Assembly (NCBI GenBank): GCA_024137785.1
Contig: JAHRHZ010000054.1
Location: 3,718,493-3,782,492, forward strand
Direction of reading: 5' to 3'
From: Ginglymostoma cirratum
Taxonomy: Eukaryota
Length of the DNA: 64,000 nt
The stretch's first letter is position 1; each line of letters opens with the position of its first letter. The notes under the pieces are model-generated. The model was not told the DNA's origin. It made no database searches and saw only the letters and a list, made by a program, of their open reading frames with translations. The position numbers and the translations under genes were made by a program. Below are positions 38,751-52,119 of the stretch, one piece after another.

Positions 38751-39719
38751 GACATCTAAGAAGCTTTGACAAATCTCATGGAAAGCTTACTAACTAAATA
38801 TAAGGCACAGTGAATGCTGAGCAACATGGAATGGGATCAAACATTTATCAAAAATTAGAATAGGAAGTACTTGTGACATGTAGAACTTGAGAATACAGCA
38901 GAAAGCATATTTAAATCAGTTTAAATAAAACAAACAAGCATTATGTTGAAAGCCTGAATAATATTTGCAACATCAAAATATCAGGAATATTGTGAACAGA
39001 CCACATTTTTTTTTGGAACAATAAACTGAAATGAAGGTTGGATTGCTAGAACTAAAAAAAAACTTGGGAGATTTCGAACTCAAAAAGCCCAGAAGTGCTG
39101 CATATACATACTGCTGGTTTTTTTTTTTAAAAGCAGTACTAAGGAGCATTTGAGACCGAGAATCTCCAAGAATCTTACAAGTTAAGGAAAATCTATTTGA
39201 CAACAACAAGCCTCTGATGGCCTGAGCTCCAGAATATTTAAAAGCCACACTGGCCAAGAACAGCACAGAAGAAGTATCCAAGACCCACAGACAGAATGCA
39301 TCTACCTCTCTTCCTTCATGTGGGGAGCAAACAGAAAAACCAAAAACTTATAAGAAATAATTCATATATGAAAGGTCACGTCCACCCTGATCAACCAGGC
39401 AACAGAATGCCATCGTTGCAGAAATCAAGGGAATTTTAAGTAGATAACCTACAACTTTGTGATTGTTTGGTTACTCTATATCTTATTCTGCCCATAGTAC
39501 AGATAAACATACAAATCAGGAGTAGGATATTCAGCCCGATCCAAAAGGATCTGCACATGCCAATCGATGTGTGGATGCATAAGCCTCAGGCTCTCAAAGT
39601 GGACACTTTGCACAGACCTCAACTGCAGAAAAAATAAATAGGGAATATAGGCTCCACCAATCAGTAAGAAGATGTCTGATCTGATTCTTGCCTACCCTGA
39701 TAACTTTCCAAATTCACTC

Positions 39720-40650
39720 AAGGGATGTGGTTTTCACTAGCTGGGACTGCTAGATTTTTTAGCCATTCCTAGTCGCCCTTAAGAACATGATGGTAAGCTG
39801 CCCTCTTGAACCACGGAAATCCATTTGATGTAGGTACATCCACAATGCCATTAGGAAGGGAGTGCCAGAATGTTGAAATAGCAATGCTGAAGGAACAGCA
39901 ATATATTTCCATGTTAGGATGATGAGTAGCTTTGAGGGCAACTTGCAGATGGCAGTGGTGGTTTCCATGTTTGCTGCCCTTGACCTTCTAAATGGTAGTG
40001 GTCATGGGGGAGCAAAGTGCTTCTAAGGAGCTTCGGTGAATTTCTGCAGTGCATCTTGTAAACAGTGTAGTTTGCTGTTACTGAAGTTTGGTGATGAAGG
40101 GAGTGAATGTTTGTAAATGTGGTGCCAATCAAGTGGGCTGCTTTGTTCTGGATGGTATCTAGTTTCTTGTCTGCTACTGGAACTGCGCTCAACCAGGCGG
40201 TGGGGAGTTCCATCACACTCTTGATTTGTGCCTTGTAGATGGCAGACAAGGCTATGGTTAGTCAGATGGTGATTTATTCACTAGACACTTACCTGTTCTT
40301 AAAGCCACAGCATTTACACAGCTAGTCCAGTTCAGCTTCTGTTTAATGTCAACAACCAGAATATTGATAGTGATGGTCATGACTACTGAATGTCAAGAGG
40401 TGATGATTAGATTTTCTCTTGTTGCAGATGGTCACTGGCACCACACAATTGCTAGGTAACATTTGTTACCACTTGTCAGCCCAAACTTAGATAGTGTCCA
40501 GGTCTTGCTACATTTGATCATGGACTGCTTCGAGTCTGAGGAGTTGTGAATGGTGCTGAACATTGTGCAATCATCAGCAAGCATCTCTACTTCTGACATG
40601 ATGCAAGGAAGACCATTGATTAAATGGCTGAAGGTGGCTGGACCTAGGAC
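39720..40650 (-). mobile_element. L2/Crack-like LINE 3' fragment
   Basis: ORF 39914..40249: IYKAQIKSVME...LDTIQNKAAHLIG; same family as 5490-6262. Confidence 0.8.
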
Positions 40651-41289
40651 CTTGCAAACAAGAATCTACTTCTACTTTAAAAATATTCAAGCACTCTGCT
40701 TCTATAACCTTTTCAGGTAGAGACTGCGAAACAGTTTAAGATAGAGCCAAAAACAATCGTGATTGTGTGCATGTATGTTGGGATACAGGGGTGGGGGCAG
40801 GAAGATGGCACATAGTTACAGCTGCATAGTCATAAATTAGAAACTCTAACTTTGGCAAGACAAATGAAAGGTGTTAAAGTAGTAGTTATTTTCTGTCACT
40901 GACAACATTTGATGTTAATTACTGGTGTCCTGAGCTGTAGTCAATCAGACAAATTGGTCATTTTGGTGGTCACATCAGGATTTTATACATTTACCCCTTT
41001 TATAACAGCTTGTGGGACACTGCAGTGTTATCATCAGTAAACTCTTTCCACTTAAATTGTGACAATATTTAAAACTCAGAGTGATAGGGTCAGTGCACCA
41101 GAGGCATGGGCTTTGTGGATTTGAATGCTCTTTTCTCATCAGTTACTTGTCTTACATTCTTAGATTACAAGCTTGACAGTGTTTTAACAAATAGCATAAT
41201 TAGTTCATTGTCACACTTAGCAACCAAAATCTACATTACATTCATCTAATTCCCACAAGATACCGTATTTTCCAATTCTGGAATAACAT

Positions 41290-42565
41290 GATCGCCAACA
41301 TGGTTTTGTGTGCGGGCCATCGGGTCTCATTAAACTGACTGAATTTTTTGAAGTAGTGATAAAGAAGATTGAAGAAGGCAAAGTGGTGGATGCTGTCTCA
41401 ATGTCAAATACCTTGCTGAAGTCCAATGTTCTGGCATGGCTAACTGGGTTAGCAAGGCTAAATCACAAGGAATCCAGGGAGCGGTAGCCATTTAGATTCA
41501 AAATTGGCTTGAAGGTTGGAAGCAGAGGGTGGTGGTGGACGGTTGTTTTTTGGACTAGAGACCTGTGACTGGCGGTGTACCACAAGAAGCTGTGCTGGGT
41601 CCATTTCATTTTGTCATTTATATAAATGATTTGGATGTGAAATTGAGGAGATATGGTTAATAAGTTTGCAGATAACACCAAAATTGGGGGTGTAATGGAA
41701 AGCGAAGAAGGTTATCTTAAAGTGCAATGGGGCTTTGATCAGATGGGCCAATGGGTGACAGATGGAGTTTAGTTTAGATAAATGTGAGGTGTTGCATTTT
41801 GGTAAGGCAAATCAGGGCAAGACTTACACAGTTAATGGCAGGGTCCTGGGGAGTGTTGCTGCACACTTTGGGTGCAGGTTCATAGCTCCTTGAAATTGGA
41901 GTTGCCAGTAGACAGGGTATTGAGGGTGGTGTTTGGTACACATGCCTTTATTGGTCAATGCAGTGAGCATTGGAGTTGGGATGTCATGTTGCAACTATGT
42001 AAGACATTGGTTAGGCCAATTTTGCAATATTGAATACAATTCTGGTCTCCCTGCTGATAGGAAAGATGCTGTGAAACTTGAAAGGGTTTGGAAAAGATTT
42101 ACAAAAATGTTGCCAACGTTGGAGGAAGAGGCCAAATAGGCTGGGGCTATTTTCCCTGGAATGTCGGAGGCTGAGAGGTGGCTTCAGAGGTTTATAAAAT
42201 CATGAGGGGCATGGACAGGGTGAATAGCTAAGCTCTTCTTCCCAGGGTAAGGGAGTCCAAAACTGCAGGCCTTAAACTTAAAGGCAAGAGGGAAAGATTT
42301 AAAAAGGGACAAAGGGGCAAAGGAGCAACTTTTTCACACAAAGGGTAGTGTGTGTATGGAATAAGCCGCCAGAGGATGTGGTGAAGGCTGGTACAATTAC
42401 GACATTTAAAAAGGTGTCTGGATGGGTATATAAATAGGAAGGGTTTAGGCGGGATATGTGCTAAATGCTGGCAAATGGGACTAAATGAATTTAGAATACC
42501 TGTTCAGCACAGACAGGTTGGTCCGAAGGAACTGTTTCCATGCTGTACAACTCTACAATTCTATG
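41290..42565 (+). mobile_element. CR1-clade LINE (RT to 3' tail), degenerate
   Basis: YINDLD...KFADNTKIGG; RKDAVKLERVWKRFTKML; 3' tail. Confidence 0.88.
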
Positions 42566-43001
42566 GTCAACGCACACGATACAGGATGAGAGATATTGCA
42601 ACAGGCACAATAGTTTGCACACTATGGTTATATAATTGTAAACAGTTTTGTGCTATATATTAGCCTGTTTTATAGAATCTTCCCACATCTGTGACACAGT
42701 CAAAAGAGTTTACACAACTGAGAACATGAATGGAAAACAAAAATGTTAACAGATAACGCTGAAGGAGAAGGGATTATCGAAAAGTATTTCAAATAATAAA
42801 GAGCATGGAAGAAAAGAAAGGTCCGAAGTATTGCTTGAAGTTAAATTAACAAAAAGAGCAAAAGCAAATGGTAGGCATGATGTAACCTCTCCTCCTTAAT
42901 TAAGCTAGTCTTCTTATCCTTTTCAAATCACCATGCTGTTCATGTAATTACAGGGCTTTACTTTTTGATTCAGTTTCTCAATTACAGAAAAACATGCTTA
43001 C

Positions 43002-43181
43002 TGCTCCAGTACGAGTTGCCTTTGGTCTTCCTGAGATTTGCAGATGTCTTTCATTTTATCCAATAGCCTTGTTACTTTGTTTTCTAGATCTGCATAGAAC
43101 TCTTTTCCTTCTTGGGATTTCTTCATCAGGTCTTCGTAAGCTTCATACGATGCTACTAGCATCTGAATAGTAACGTTCCAC
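43002..43181 (-). CDS. PTPN23: PTPN23 exon (~e19), WNVTIQMLVASYEAYEDLMKKSQEGKEFYADLENKV...QLVLE(Q)
   Basis: ctttag|GTGG...AGCA|gtaagc; 180 bp; contains the FYADLE motif (UBAP1-binding Phe in human HD-PTP). Confidence 0.95.
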
Positions 43182-43419
43182 CTAAAGAGCAACAGGAAGT
43201 GCCAATTTTAAACTTGTGCTGTTAATTTTAAAGCAATACAGTAATATCATTAAATGTCTTTTCTGCATTACTTTTACAAATCATAAATATGTCTATTAAA
43301 AAAATTAATGTCATGTCAGGATAGAAGAGATTTCATTTTCTTCTTACAGGCACAGAGTCTTAAGCAGCATTAGCCAACATTTCAGCGAAGAGCAATCTAG
43401 TGAAACTGAACAAGATAAC

Positions 43420-43700
43420 AGGAAGAAGTCATTCACGTGAAATTTAACTGTTTCGCTCCACAGATGCTGCCTGACTTGCTGAATTTTTTCCAATATTTTT
43501 AATATTTCTAATATTCACAATGTATTGCTTTTGTGCTCAAGATGAATACAGAAAGAGCCTGGAAATTCTCAGCTGATCAGGCTTTATCCGTGAAGAAACA
43601 GAAATATTTCAGGTTGAGAACTTTAATCAGTTCTGCCTGACCTACTAAGTATTCCCAACATCTGTTTTCACTTCTGATTACTACAGTTCTTTTCCTTTGT
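43420..43700. mobile_element. Two old degenerate copies of the Penelope-like short element
   Basis: ctccacagatgctgcctgacttgctgaa and an inverted ctggaaattctcag...ctgacctactaag arrangement. Confidence 0.45.
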
Positions 43701-43829
43701 AGAAGGGTGATAGCACAACTTCAGGCTCAGTGCTAAGATTATTGTCCAAATGCACAATTAGTAGTTGTTTTTGCACAAAGAAACTGCAGCACGATTATTT
43801 TACTAGATGTGTAAACACCTCAACTATTA

Positions 43830-44180
43830 ATGGTGGCCAAAATTCAAATTCCAGTTTGGTGGCTGGAGGATTTAAATTCAGTTAATTAAATAAATCTGGA
43901 ATAAAAACTTGATGATGATCATGAAACTACTGAACTGTCAGAAAAATCCATCTAACTCAACATCCTTTAGGGGAGGAAATTTAGTATCTTTATCCAGTCT
44001 GACCTATACGTGACTGCGAACGCACAGCAGTCTGGTTGACTCACTGCCCTGAGAATGGTCGAGGAAATCATACAGCGCATTCAATAAAGTGGCTCATCAC
44101 CGCTGAGTCAAGAGAAATTAAGAACAAGTAATAAATGCTGACTTTGACAAGAATGTTCACATACTTTAAACCAATAAAAT
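43830..44180 (+). mobile_element. Degenerate copy of the 46028-type SINE
   Basis: Collinear with 46028-46367 (atttaaattcagttaa...cctttagggg.aggaaa...ataaatgctg). Confidence 0.6.
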
Positions 44181-44654
44181 AAAACCTGCAAACTACTGTT
44201 CAGAGAATACGGCAGTTATTCAACTGGTATCAGACTTTGTTCTTCCACATTTGTCTGGGCCTTTAAAGGAATGGGTCATTGATTACTCAAATGTTAATTT
44301 TAGCTTTATCAAACACAGATGCATGACAACATTCACCAAACCGTGCTGAATAAAAACTGCTCAGAAAAGCAATACCTTAACAAAATTCCTTAGACATAAC
44401 ACAGACTCTGCAAAACCAAAAATAGCCTGGCCTTATCCACTCAAATGGACTTAAATTATGTAAGAAATAAGTAATTCTTCATTTCATTGAAATTGTAAGT
44501 ACAAAGGTGTCTTTCATTTGTTGCTCTCCCACTTCTCATTGGTTTTGAATGAATCTACATTGAACACCACCTTCATGTAGTATATGCCCTCCTGATTCTT
44601 TTTACCATCCACTAAGATGAGGAGAAATGTCCTCATACAATAAAGAGCCTGTGG

Positions 44655-44890
44655 AAATCATTACCACAGGAAATGGTTGAGGTCAAAGCAGTATGTTTTC
44701 AAGAAGGAAGTAGATATAGCTATTGCAGCTAAAGGGATCAAGAGATGTGCGGCAGCATTTGGGTGTGGGAGTGGGGGTAGTGCAATATTAGAGTTTTGAG
44801 TTTCATGATCAGCCATAATCATAATAAATAGTGGAGCAGGCTTGGAGGGGTTGAATAGCATACTCCTCCTATTTTCTATATTTCTACATA
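44655..44890 (+). mobile_element. CR1-like LINE 3' end
   Basis: gatcagccataatc...ggagcaggcttggaggggttgaatagcatactcctcctattttctat. Confidence 0.7.
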
Positions 44891-46027
44891 TCAATGGCCC
44901 TCAATTCAATCAATTACTCCACCTCTGCATCTTTTCTACAGTTCATTTGTGCCATAGTTCCATTCCTATTTTTCTCAGTGGAATGAGTACATTTCCTACA
45001 AAAGTTTGCCAATCTTCTCTACATGGTAATTATTATGTTGTCTCAAATTCAACAATTTTTGCTTTTCCCCATCTGAACACGATCATTACAAATCTGAGTC
45101 TGGTGCACAAATCTAATCTGAATCAGTGGAATCTCTCCATTAGAGGCCCAAAGAGTTCTGGTTTTCGATATGAGACTTAGGTTCTTGACAAATTTACAGA
45201 TATATTATTGCGCACTTACTAAGCTTTTTGTTACATTGCAAACGTAGTTGGCTGGCTGTCTAAATGACTAATTGTCTGCTTGCTAACTATATAGAGTAAG
45301 ATATATCACATGCATCACATGCCATGAGATCATCTAAATGTCTTAAAGATTCAGTGCCTAAAATCTATGCACTTATACCACATGGTTGGCCTGCCTACCT
45401 TATTCCAAAGTCAACTCCCTCTAATGGGCAGAAGTGCAACATCAAATATCCCTCGAGTTAAATCAGGATGTCAATTATTCTCACTGATAATGGAGTTCAT
45501 AAATTGTTTTAATTCAACAGTTGATGAAACACAAAAATCATAGAATATAATAAAGGCCATTTTGCCACTCAGTTCAATTCACATTCAAGTAAATTATAAA
45601 CATAAAAGACTGGTTGTTCCCTTCTTTATGTAAGCACAAGAACTTTCCCTGACAAAAGGTAGAAATTCAAAAATTGCAAATGGCTGTCAATTTATATGGG
45701 CAATGGAGACGCTCAGATTAAGATACAAGGATTTAAATGACACTGATTATATCAGGAAGCAGGCAAGTGAATTACAATATTCTTAATTAAGATTCTTGTC
45801 TTTCCACAGATACTTCTTGAATAGAGTTTCTCCAGCAATTCATAATTTCAGATTTCTTGTATGTTATATTTTGCAATAATAATTATGTTCTCTTAAGAAT
45901 AATGTCTGTCAGCAAATCACGCTTATTCTCACCTCCATTAGCTACATTCCTGTTATACACTGACAATGCAATAGGATTTTAAAGGCAATTTCTCTAATGA
46001 CAATTTGTACATTCCTACAACTCCATA

Positions 46028-46367
46028 GGGAGGCAATGGCTTAGTGGTATTATTAATCCAGAGACCCAGGTAATGCCCTATGAACCTGGGTTCAAATCCC
46101 GCCATGGCAGATGGTGGAATTTGAATTCAATTAAAACCTGGAATTAAGAGTCTAATAATGACCACGAATCCATCGCTGATTGTTGGGAAAAACCCATCTG
46201 GGTCACTAATGCCCTTTAGGGAAGGAAACTGCCATCCTTATCTTGTCTGGCCTACATGTGACTCCGGACCCACAGCAATTTGGCTGAAACTTAACTGCCC
46301 TCTGGGCAATTAAGGGATGGCAATAAATGCTAGCCTAGCCAGCGATGCCCTCATCCCTTGAATGAAT
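46028..46367 (+). mobile_element. tRNA-derived SINE with an L2/Crack-like LINE tail
   Basis: A-box tggcttagtgg, B-box ggttcaaatcc; tail aataaatgctagcctagccagcgatgcc...(tgaa)n. Confidence 0.8.
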
Positions 46368-47429
46368 GAAGGGGGGAAAAAAGAATCCAACTATTGCTCT
46401 AAGTCTAGTGTCCCCACCCCTTACACTAATTCATCAACAGAAATCAGCAAGCATACCCATAACGTTCAGAATTTCTTTCCGAACTCTATTTCGCTCATCT
46501 TCAAATATCATCTTAAATCCCATCCCTGACCTCAATCTTGATCTATCACATGCTTCCCTACAACCATTCTCAATAATTAGGCAATGTCCCCATATGTCTG
46601 TAAAACACTTTTTTTCAGCATGTTAAAAGGTGTTTAGCAAAGATGTTAAAAGATGCAATTTATTAGCTTTCATAGCACTGCAAAATAAATAATTGTTCAG
46701 TGCAAATATCTGCAAAATTATTTATTAAATTGTATCAGCCCATGTACTGATAACTATTGGGACTTATCTTCAGATGGTTGTTTTGAATTTCTTTGGTACC
46801 TCTTAATTGATAGTTTAATTTTGTCTTTCCTTTGTGTCTCTAATAAGCTCCCTAACTATCAGCTGTAATTTGCTTTAACTGAAAACTATATTCAAATTGA
46901 TCCAGTGTAGTGTAATAGACCTTTCTGATAGCAATCTCCATTGGCTCCCAGAGTACATTTCAGTTATAATTTAACGGAACTGTAAAACAGAACAACAAAT
47001 TCCTAGGCTTGTATAGGAATTTTATACATACTCAAACTTTTTTTTTTTTAAGTTCAAGCTAATTACAGTTGGGAAACATTGAGACACTTTTTTTCAATGA
47101 TTTTTACATAAAAGTACATTTGTTGAACTATGGCTGCAAGACTTCTGAACATGTTATCTAAATGGGGAGTTCTACTTCAGCACAAAGCAACCACTGGAGG
47201 GCTATTCAATTATGGTGAGGTTCGCAGGTAAATTTGATCCTCTTCTCACCAACCATCCACTTAAAAATAGGGGTTACCAAATGATGATCAGGAACTGCAA
47301 TTATTGTACTAGACCAGACACACATCATAACAAAGCTCATAACCATTGTTCAAATCAGGAATTAAACATAGGACTTTCCTGGTTTGAATAAAGCACCACA
47401 CAGAACCAAAGAAGCACCGCAGAAAGCAA

Positions 47430-47930
47430 ACTGACTGGATGCATAGAGATAGTAGGATGCATAACAGCCTGGACTGCTCTGCCCAGGACTACAGAAGGTT
47501 GTGTGCACAGCCCAGACCATCACAGAAGCCAACCTCCCATTCATGGGCTCTACTTACACTTTTCGTTGCCGTGGAAAGACTGCCTACATCATCAAAGACC
47601 CATCCCACCCTGATAATGCTCTTCTACAACTTCTTCTGTCAGGCAGAAAATACAGAAGCTTGAACAAACGCACCAGCGGGTTGAAGAGTAGCTTCTTCCC
47701 TGCTGTTATCAGATTGATGAATGGACTCTCTTACTTCAAATAACATTGATTTTGTTAATGCTGTTCTTGCTTCACACACATCCTGTGCAGTATAAGCTGT
47801 ATGCCTCACTCTATCCAAGTTTTTTTTACCCTATGATCTGCATGTCCTTGTTTACTATGATCTGCCTGTAATGCTCACAAAGAAAGCTTTTCACTGTACT
47901 TAGGTAGACATGACAACAAATCAAATGAAA
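47430..47930 (+). mobile_element. Rex1/Babar-like LINE 3' fragment
   Basis: ORF 47501..47743: IIKDPSHP...LLSGRKYRSLNKRTSGLKSSFFPAVIRLMN, typical of the Rex1/Babar C-terminus. Confidence 0.82.
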
Positions 47931-47998
47931 CATGGAGTATTGTGCAAGCAAAGTGTTTCAATAAGCATCAGACAGCCTTCTTTTGATTAGCTACTCAC

Positions 47999-48150
47999 TT
48001 ATGTTCTGCTTCAGCAAGAATTTTCCTAATTGTAGCATATTTGACATTAGCATCTGTCAGAGCCTTCAAGATGTTTTCTTGGGCAGCAAGATTTTGATCA
48101 ATGTAAACTTTTAGTTGATCATATTTCTTCAGTTGTTCTTCAAAAAGTTT
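47999..48150 (-). CDS. PTPN23: PTPN23 exon (~e18), KLFEEQLKKYDQLKVYIDQNLAAQENILKALTDANVKYATIRKILAEAEH(K)
   Basis: ttgcag|AAA...CATAA|gtgagt; 152 bp. Confidence 0.94.
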
Positions 48151-48608
48151 CTGCAATTACATAGTTATACATAAGAAAATCGTACAAATTGTACTGGATA
48201 CATCACAATTTTACTTGTGCCTTTCCAGATGACCAAAAATAAATTATCTTCCCAACTGCAAACCAACTACTTGACAATAAAAAGTCTTCACACCACTGCG
48301 GAATAAGTTTGTGCAAGGGCCAAGAGCATGAGGGGAAATCATAAAAACACAATTGTGACAATAAGAAACACATGAACTAAATCTACAATAATTCATGTTG
48401 CTAATATGTAGCCCAAACTGCCACTGCACCATACACCATTTCAGTCTGAGTTTTGGATCTGACAAGCAATTTGGACAAAGATTAGAACATAAGTTACAGG
48501 ATCCAGCTAGCATTAGCTGCACTTGGGAAGGTCATTTACGACATTATTTTTGAATTATTTTAATGGCTTTAGTCATTACACGTAAATATGGTGCAGTTGT
48601 TGATTCAC

Positions 48609-48763
48609 CTTCATTTCTGAATGGTCTGTTGTAACGAGCGTTGTGGTAATGTCATCCTTCTGAATGGTATCTCTCAACTGCTGTATGAGTGAGGAACGCT
48701 GGTCTCTCATTTCCTCAACCTTCAGTAAAATTCGCTTCATGTTCTGGAGAACGCCCTTTTCCT
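48609..48763 (-). CDS. PTPN23: PTPN23 exon (~e17), EKGVLQNMKRILLKVEEMRDQRSSLIQQLRDTIQKDDITTTLVTTDHSEMK
   Basis: taacag|AGGA...GAAG|gtgaat; 155 bp. Confidence 0.95.
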
Positions 48764-49420
48764 CTGTTAAAATGCAGAGCCAAAAACACTGTGCATTACT
48801 GAACCTGAAGGTAAGGATGCCAAGAACCATCCAAGGCCACTGGTTATAGCCAGCAGACCCAACTAACAGCATGGAAGACTTAAATGTAGGAATGGAACGT
48901 TACAAGACAGGCCAAAGGTGCCCACGAAAGAGAGATGAATGGAACCTCTTGTTTGAAAGCAGCTTTCCTGTTGAATGTTGAGTACTGCACTTGATACAAA
49001 TAAAGACAGATACAGAGGGCAAGTAACGTGTCTGTGTGAAGTAAGCTTGCCACAGATACAGTGTAGATTGTTCTGTTGTGAATGGGTTGGTAAGAAAGTG
49101 TCAAGTAAACAGGAAGCTATGTTTAAAAATCAGAAGTAAATAAAGCAGGGCAAAATATTCCCCAAGTTTCTTACCAGTTTATGAATTACATATATTTGAG
49201 TTTTTTAAAAGAAAGAGAGTTGGAGGTATGGGGTACAGAGGATCCTCCAGTTGAATAGCCAACCTGCACTCTAGTGAAAGTGAGTACATTATAAACAACA
49301 CTATGAAGTACAAGTTGAAGGGTACATGTAACAATAACTGAACAGTACAATTCTTCAAAGAGAAAAACATTACCAGATATAAATTATATTGCCAAATGTA
49401 TAGAAAATACACGTCAATAC

Positions 49421-49717
49421 CATCAGAGACAGTGGGAGTTGGTAAAGCAGCACGAAGATCTTCTAGGGGTCCACTTAAAAGCCGTAAGTTACTGATATGT
49501 AAATTCATTGCCTTATGCAGCTCAGTATTGGTGAAGCTGGCTTTCTCATGCACTTCCATGTACTTGGACCACTCCTTGCTGAGTTCAGATATTCCGCTCG
49601 TTGTGCCCCTTTTTCCAGTGGCCTCTTGTAATTTCTGGTCAGCAAGTTCATCCTGGTCCATAAGATCCTTAAACTCTCTCAGGGATGCCTCAACATCAGT
49701 GTATACTCCAGATAGAA
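49421..49717 (-). CDS. PTPN23: PTPN23 exon (~e16), LSGVYTDVEASLREFKDLMDQDE...EDLRAALPTPTVSD(E)
   Basis: ccccag|TTCT...GATG|gtattg; 297 bp; V/coiled-coil domain; ORF 49179..49661. Confidence 0.95.
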
Positions 49718-50078
49718 CTGGGGAAAAATTTTAACAATAGTTACCTTTTCCATCAATTTGTAGGGTTTGGCTGCAACGCACAACACAGAGATCAAGAAAG
49801 TGCAATCAACAGTTTGTGTTAAGTTGGTCAAGTAAAAGAAAGTTGTCAAACAAAAATTGCTAATGAGCTATACATGTGGCTATGGTGACATTATTGTCAT
49901 TACATGCATTTTTGTTTTGTAAATTCATGCATCACACAAAGAAAATGGATCACAGAGTAAAATGTCATAGAAAATTAAAAATGAATCATAGAGACTTTGA
50001 GAACATAGACATGTCAGAGAGCCAAAGAAGATAGCACATAAATAACTGAACTGGAGTTTGTATTTGCATAAAACATAC

Positions 50079-50224
50079 CTTGCATGGATTGAACCAAATT
50101 TTTCACAGTATCCGGGCGGACACTCAGTGCTGCACACTTTTCCATCAGGACTGGTGGGATATGACTATACATGTCTAAATTGTCTATTGACTCTGGGTCA
50201 ATTCTCAAAGAATCCATGAACTGC
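50079..50224 (-). CDS. PTPN23: PTPN23 exon (~e15), QFMDSLRIDPESIDNLDMYSHIPPVLMEKCAALSVRPDTVKNLVQSMQ(V)
   Basis: taacag|GCAG...CAAG|gtatgt; 146 bp. Confidence 0.95.
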
Positions 50225-50702
50225 CTGTTATAAAATGAAACAAGACAAAGCAGATTTAAAAATCAAATGAAATTCTCTGCTTCCCTTTAGACAATTTTCT
50301 CAAATCACAACAGTAAGATATGTACTATCAAAAGACATACTTAAGCTTCTGTCAAGCATACTGAAATACAAAGAGAAATTGATTTTCTCTTTACACACTG
50401 ACTCCTTTTAAGTCATAGAATTAATGTGGCTCCAAAATGGATAGTTAAAAGCATTTTTTTTTTTAAAACTAGATCACAAAACTGTAAGGCAGCAACATAA
50501 TTATTGTTTTAGTCATTGTCACAAGAATCCAAAGCACAGAAAAAGGTTGTTCAGCCTCATGTCCACGCCAAGCGAAAACGACTGCCTAACTATTCTAATC
50601 TCATTTTCCAAGACTTGGCCCATGGCCTTGGCATCATAAGTACAAATTTAAATGTTTCTTAAAGCTATGAAGGTTTTTGCCTCAACACCCTTAAAGACAG
50701 CG

Positions 50703-51345
50703 TTTGGTACACTTACCTTCATTGGTCAGTGCATCGAGTCTAGGAGTTTGACAGGTTATGTTGTAGCTTATAGGACATGTTAGGCCACTTTTGGAATATT
50801 GCATGCAATTCTAGTCTCTCTGCTATAGGAAAGATATGGTGAAACTTGAAAGGGCTCTGAAAAGATTTACAAAGGTCATTGCCAGCGTTGTAGGGTTTGA
50901 CCTATAGAGAGAGGCTAAATAGGCTGGGACTATTTTCTCTGATGTGTCAGAAGCTGAGAGGTGTCATCATAGAGGTTAATAAAATCATGAGGGACATGGA
51001 TAGGGTGAATAGCCAAGGTCTTTACCCCAGGGTAGGGGAGTTCAAAACTAGAGGGCACAGCTTTGAGGGGAAAGGAAAAAGATTTAAAAGAGACCAAAGG
51101 GGCAACATTTTCACACAGTGGATGGTGCATGCACGGATCAAGCTGCCAGAGCAAGTGGAGGAGGCTGGTACAATTACAACATTTAAAATGCATCTGGATG
51201 GGTATATGAATAGTAAGAGTAAGGGTTTAGAGGGACACGGGCCGAATGCTGGCAAATGGGACTAGATTATTTTAGGATATCTGGTCAGCATGGATGAGTT
51301 GAACCAAAGGGTCTGTTTCCACGCTGTATAACTCTATGACTATGA
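50703..51345 (+). mobile_element. CR1-clade LINE 3' fragment
   Basis: ORF 50897..51265: TYRERLNRLGLFSL...; tail actctatgactatgac. Confidence 0.88.
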
Positions 51346-51470
51346 CATCTCAAATCATACCAAAAGATGAGGGGTTACCCTGTTGAAGCTACCAAATACA
51401 TACATGCCAAATAGCATGAGCAGCAAATGATATACGGAGCTAAATGATTACGTAACTAAAGGATCAGATC

Positions 51471-51505
51471 GGGGAGGGGGGGGGGGGGGGGGCGGGCGGG
51501 CAGGG
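51471..51505 (+). repeat. G-rich tract / potential G-quadruplex
   Basis: gggga-(long G run)-cgggcggggcaggg. Confidence 0.7.
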
Positions 51506-52119
51506 CAGTGGCACCAGCACATCCATTCACGAAGTGCTACAGCAGTTATAACCCATTTGGATCACGTCTAGGGGTCCCTAGCATCATAGATGGTAGCCTT
51601 CAGTCAATTCAATTTAATCCACATGAAATCCAGAAATTGCTGAAAGCGCTGGACACTGCAAAGATGCTAGCCCTTGACAATATTCAGGCAATAGGATGGA
51701 AGACATGCTCTAAAACATGCCACACCCTTATCCAAGCTGTTCCAGTATACCTACAGCACCCAGCATTTAACAAATAATTTGAAAAATTGCTCAGGTATGT
51801 CTTGTGCAAATCAGGAAAATCCAACCCAGCCATTCACCACTGCATCAGTCTACTTGCGATCAGTAGCAAAGTGACAAAAGGCATCAACAGTGTTATTAAA
51901 CAGCACTTGCGTACTGATAATCTGCTCAGAGACTCTCAGTTTCGAATGGTCACTCAGCTCCTGAGAAAATAGATGAACTTCAGAGGTGAGGGGATAATGG
52001 ATGGCCTTGACATCAAGGCTGCATTTGACAAGTATGAAATCAAGGGGCCCTAGAATAACTAAAGTCAATGGGAATCGGGGCAAACTCTCTGCTGGTTAGG
52101 GTGATCATAGCTAGTCAAA

